A stretch of 63,997 nucleotides of DNA, counting the filler, from Intoshia linei (Eukaryota; Animalia; Orthonectida): NCBI GenBank assembly GCA_001642005.1. It is 8 parts of 8 records of this genome, joined end to end, with 100 filler letters (N's around TTAATTAATTAA, not from the genome) between each part and the next. Parts side by side here need not be neighbours in the genome. Positions count along the whole stretch, not along the records: positions 62,962 to 63,997 come from LWCA01002838.1; 7 more parts are not named here. One strand, 5' to 3'. The translations under genes were made by a program, and so were the position numbers. Each line of letters begins with the position of its first letter. The first letter of the stretch is position 1. The notes beneath the pieces were generated by a model, which saw only the letters and a list, made by a program, of their open reading frames with translations, made no database searches and had not been told where the DNA came from. Shown piece by piece: positions 63,684-63,997 of this stretch.

Positions 63684-63997
63684 CTAAATAAAATCATATT
63701 AATTTTTATTATAATCGAAATTATAATAAAATATCCAGGGTTATTAATGAATGCTTAAACATTGAAAATGTCAAACTTATATTTCTGTATTTCAAATATG
63801 TATCCATTCAATATGTGTACGTTCAATTCCCTTTGAAGCCCTTTTTAATTCCCTTTTTTTTGTAAGAAATTGTTGAATGAAAATTTACATTTTTAATTTT
63901 AATATGAAAATATTGGTTGATAATATATATTAAAAGTTATTTTAACTAAGAATGCGTAAATTTCTGAAATTGAAATTTTGTATTTATATCAACTGGA

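Overview
Very AT-rich eukaryotic (metazoan) draft-genome DNA with a compact gene structure and many introns of only about 30-45 nt. An innexin, AP-2, PACSIN and dynein-2 point to an invertebrate; a reduced, fast-evolving animal such as an orthonectid would fit, but that is inference only. The window is eight contigs joined by seven identical artificial 100-bp spacers (44 N + TTAATTAATTAA + 44 N), so adjacency across a spacer is unproven. Recognisable genes, in order: Kelch-repeat protein 3' end, PREB/SEC12-like, ARF pseudogene, TFAP2, an unknown 4-exon gene, GNL3/GNL3L, PTPN1/2-like 3' end, a tandemly duplicated UBE2G2/UBC7 3' end, a divergent bHLH, GNL2, DMAC1-like, PACSIN, innexin, RPL13, MRPL41, LSM7, DDX19/DBP5-like and DYNC2H1 exons. 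Introns and intergenic DNA are filled with DNA-transposon debris: hAT MITEs with 8-bp TSDs, pogo/Tigger MITEs and transposase remnants, hAT transposase remnants, and an abundant non-autonomous Helitron-like family. I found no tRNA, rRNA or CRISPR array and cannot support a clearly new biological system. The best leads are the Helitron-like family apparently carrying transposase fragments, the UBC7 duplication with filled and empty MITE sites, the atypical bHLH, the Q-loop-substituted PTP, and the ultra-compact gene block around the head-to-head RPL13/MRPL41 pair. Gene calls come from manual translation and motif recognition, not database searches.
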